NCBI RefSeq assembly: GCF_001194135.2
Contig: NC_068986.1
Location: 106,567,904 to 106,631,903, forward strand
Length of the DNA: 64,000 bases
Origin: Octopus bimaculoides
Taxonomy: Eukaryota
Direction: 5' to 3'
Shown here piece after piece: positions 60,540 to 64,000 of the stretch. Position numbers and translations under genes: made by a program. Numbering within the stretch: the first letter of the stretch is position 1; every line of letters begins with the position of its first letter. Under the pieces are notes generated by a model. It was given only the letters and a program-made list of their open reading frames with translations, made no database searches and was not told the origin of the DNA.

Positions 60540-61600
60540 CTGTTATCTGTATTCTCGGTCTGTTCTATTTCTAACAGTATCAGCTCTTTGTGAGATTAAC
60601 TTTTACTCTGGGACACTAGAATTTCAGTCACATCATTCTCTGACTTCTTCAAATTCTTCATCCTTTGCACGTGTCACACTATCTCTCCAAATGTAAAGCA
60701 GACTTTCTGTTTGGGGAAAACTTACAATGTGACGGATACAGTCTGACCATATCTCTTCCAAGCAATTTTCGAAGTTGAAGGCTTCACTTCATCCTATGGT
60801 TCAGTTATGTTTTCCAAAGCATTTATTATATAGAATTTCTTCCAGAAATCTTAAACTGTAGGTTTATCCCCCTTGTCAGTAGCTATCATATATTGTTTGA
60901 AATTTCTTATATAATATGCCTCGAAGTTTGCTATCTCAACTTGAGCCATTGACTGCAGTAAAGAAGTTGTATTTTGGAAGATATATTCTACTCTCACGTT
61001 ACCAGAAATGCCATTAAGGTCCGCTGAGTATCTCGATGCATTGCATAAAAGAAGCAATGTTTTGTTGGAAAATCCGGACGAAAGACGTTTGTTAACCACT
61101 CTTCGAACAGATTTTTTGTCATCCATGACTTCTTATTTGAACACCAAATTTTAGGTAGAATAAATTTCGTGTAACTCTTGAAAGTTCTTGGATTTGGGGA
61201 ATGATACACGTGTAGGGGCTTCATTTTTGTATCACTATCGACAATTTTTAGAAGCGTTAAACACCCGTGTTGATTGTTCCTCTCCAGAAATGAAAGACCT
61301 AGCAAGTGTTCACTTCAAGAAAAAAGCAGTTTCGCAAATTATTTTTGTCAACTGCTCAGAATAATTAGTTGCAATCTTTTTATCACCGCTCGCAGTCTCA
61401 CCAGTTATTTTTATGTTGTGCACATTCATGAGTTTCTTAAACATTTCAAAACCAGTTTTAATTCGAAGTTTCAGCTTCTTTTTTCTGCAAGTCACCATAT
61501 ACATTTTTGGTTTCTTTTTGAAATTACATTGTGTTTATCAACACATGACTCTGATTCAGATCTTCGATCCATAGACCCGAAAATCGTTCCATGTTAAGCT
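60540..61600 (-). mobile_element. Decayed pogo/Tigger (CENP-B-like DDE_1) transposase
   Basis: NIKITGETASGD; MKPLHVYHSPNPRTFK...WCSNKKSWMT...EEWL; TLLLLCNASRY...NTTSLLQSM...IANFEAYY. Confidence 0.85.
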
Positions 61601-61805
61601 TCACATTAGATCTATGGACAAATAAAGTGCTTCTTGAGCACTTGTCATAATTTTGTTCTCACGTATTGTTCCCACTGTAGACTTAGCTATGTTTAATATT
61701 GTGTCAATATGACTTAGTTTCAGTCCTGCATCAATTTTTTTTTTAAACATCAAGTTTAATATCCAGAGTACTTTCTTTGCAGTTCCTTTTCACATTACTA
61801 CCTTC

Positions 61806-62409
61806 GGATCTATTTTAAAACGGGGGCCACATTTTTCATTAATGTTTTACGTAGTGTTTTTGGTACCGAAAGACTTTCAAACTTCGTATACTTATCTATT
61901 TTCTGTTATAGAACAGAAAAATATTTTTGTATTCGAATTTATTTCATGTAAAAAATTGTCTTATTTCGATAATTTCAACCAATCACTGACAAGTATTCAG
62001 TTGTTTACATTTACTCCTTTGGCTGATTAAGCCATAGCTTCGTTTTATTTGCTTTTTTCATTTTAAATTTGCTTTTTTCATTTTCTTTTTTTTTCTTCGT
62101 TTTATTTGCTTTTTTCTTTTTAAATTTGCTGTTTTACCCTAACCCTAACCCTAACCCTATCACCGATAGAATTGTTTCAGAATCGTTTGTTTATGTAGTC
62201 GGCACTTAATGTATATCGGCTGAATGGACGTCAGTGATTGGTTGAAATTACAGAAATACGACAACTTTAACATGGAATAACTTAGGGATTTCTTTTTTTT
62301 TAAAGAAGACTAAGAGAAAAAGATGTTTTATATGACACATTCTACCAGTGTTCCAAGTTTCAAAGTGTTTCGTTAATGAAAAATGTGGCCCCCGTTTTAA
62401 AAAAGATCC
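61806..62409. mobile_element. 604-bp MITE with GG...CC termini, long TIRs and an 8-bp TSD (Merlin- or MULE-like)
   Basis: TSD ctaccttc at 61798-61805 and 62410-62417; TIR ggatctattttaaaacgggggccacatttttcattaa / ttaatgaaaaatgtggcccccgttttaaaaaagatcc; inner IR ttcaaccaatcactgac / gtcagtgattggttgaa; internal (CCCTAA)n at 62137-62159. Confidence 0.85.
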
Positions 62410-63020
62410 CTACCTTCAGGTCTGCATGATAACTTCTTTCCAGACATCGTAAATTGAAGGCGTATCCAGCACTAGCAACGATTAATTATCCGTAAGATAT
62501 ATGTAGTATAAAATTTTGCCAAATGAACATCTTATTTGTGAAAGCAGAAAAATAACTTATTCGTATTGATTTAATAATGAAAATGGGATGAAATGCTGAA
62601 GGAATGCGGAAGAGAGAGTACAGTTAGCTGACGTGTCACCAAATGTTATTGGCAATTCGCCCCTTCCACTTCTGAGCTAAGACATAGATACACACACATA
62701 CGCGCACACTCGGACACACACACATGCACACGAACATTCTTATACATACATTCATACGCACACATATGTACTGTTGTATCTTCTTAATCAAAAGTCACCC
62801 CTGAGAGACCTAAGGTGAAAAAGATTTCATTTAACTATTATATTTAATAGTTACCACGGCACTACGTTATATGTTATTATTTGAAATCGACTTCATATTA
62901 TATATTACAGCTGCTGTTGGTGGTTGTGTTCGTGTTGATGATAAACAACATGCACAGGTGCATACATAACTATACATGCATATTATATATGTATGTGTGT
63001 GTGCGTGTCAGGGGGCGTAA

Positions 63021-63051
<31 letters not shown>

Positions 63052-64000
63052 TTCATACAAACCGATAAAAACCTTGCGTCTTAATGTACAATATATATAT
63101 ATATATATATACATGTAACATGTAAAAATAGAAAGTATGTATGTATGTATATATCAATTAAATACAGAGATATTCTATAGACAATCCAATAATTTATTTA
63201 TATTCCAATATTACATTAAATACTATAAATATCATATATAACATAAAATAATATTATATAACTTAAATAATTATAAAAAATATAAAAGGCCAACAAATTG
63301 TTTCGACTTATATACATTTTTCTGATATACGTAATCAGGGTTCCATATTTAATTTATCCTTATAAGTTACTTTATCTTTATTATTGAATTATACCAATAT
63401 TATATGGTATCTAACAGAAGTACCAGGGAATTGGATGTTTAACACAACTCTTTGATGGATTTCCTTTCCCCAGCTTGTTGCTTGNNNNNNNNNNNNNNNN
63501 NNNNNNNNNNNNNNNNNNNNNNNNNNNNNNNNNNNNNNNNNNNNNNNNNNNNNNNNNNNNNNNNNNNNNNNNNNNNNNNNNNNNNNNNNNNNNNNNNNNN
63601 NNNNNNNNNNNNNNNNNNNNNNNNNNNNNNNNNNNNTATATATATATATATATATGTATATATAAATCTCAGGGTAGCAAAAAAATTTTAGAAATTCAAT
63701 TTACTAACGGTGAAGAAAAATTTAGTCAACAGACTATAGATTATTCATTTAAAATACAGTCTACATTTAAAACACATCAGAGATGCCTATAATAGGACAT
63801 CTGACCCGCTAGAAAGAGCAGCCAAAGCTCTACACCACAATTAGAGATAATTTCGAAAGGTAATGAAAAATAAAAACATTTACTATCTATATTCCGAACC
63901 AGGTTCGGCATTCTTTTTTATATTTGCTGCTGATAAGGTAAACCGCACGTGTGCGTTAATTTTTGAAAAATTAAACATATATGCACAAGTCCTGTTTTCT

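Noticed and set aside
62137-62159. (CCCTAA)n as a true telomere or fusion scar
   Set aside because: Only about four units, and they lie inside a TSD-flanked MITE.

Overview
AT-rich, gap-containing animal genomic DNA. The repeat content (several tRNA-derived SINE families, Penelope-like elements, dense CA/TA/AAT microsatellites) points to an octopus/cephalopod draft assembly; the species is an inference. Most of the window is intronic or intergenic repeat debris: decayed Tc1/mariner (including a ~1.28 kb DD37D maT-type copy), pogo/Tigger, Gypsy gag+LTR, an R4/Dong-like RLE LINE, CR1/L2- and RTE-like LINE ends, several Penelope-like elements, a Helentron-type non-autonomous element and a Merlin/MULE-like MITE. 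No complete host gene can be assembled, and nearly all ORF-track entries are artefacts of N-gaps, microsatellites or TE remnants. Signals not explained by that track: (1) a probable terminal exon at 7947-8253 encoding a 101-aa Asp/Lys/Gly-rich basic tail in a frame the ORF caller missed, with a paralogous terminal exon and poly(A) region at 1200-1470; (2) minimal hammerhead-ribozyme motifs at 6524-6558 and 7433-7463 bounding a repeat unit whose homology stops exactly at the predicted cleavage site (retrozyme/Penelope-like); (3) a SINE trimer inside one target-site duplication; (4) a minus-strand spliced-looking locus (about 9.85-14.05 kb) with an ORF split in frame by a SINE. All alignments and counts were done by eye.
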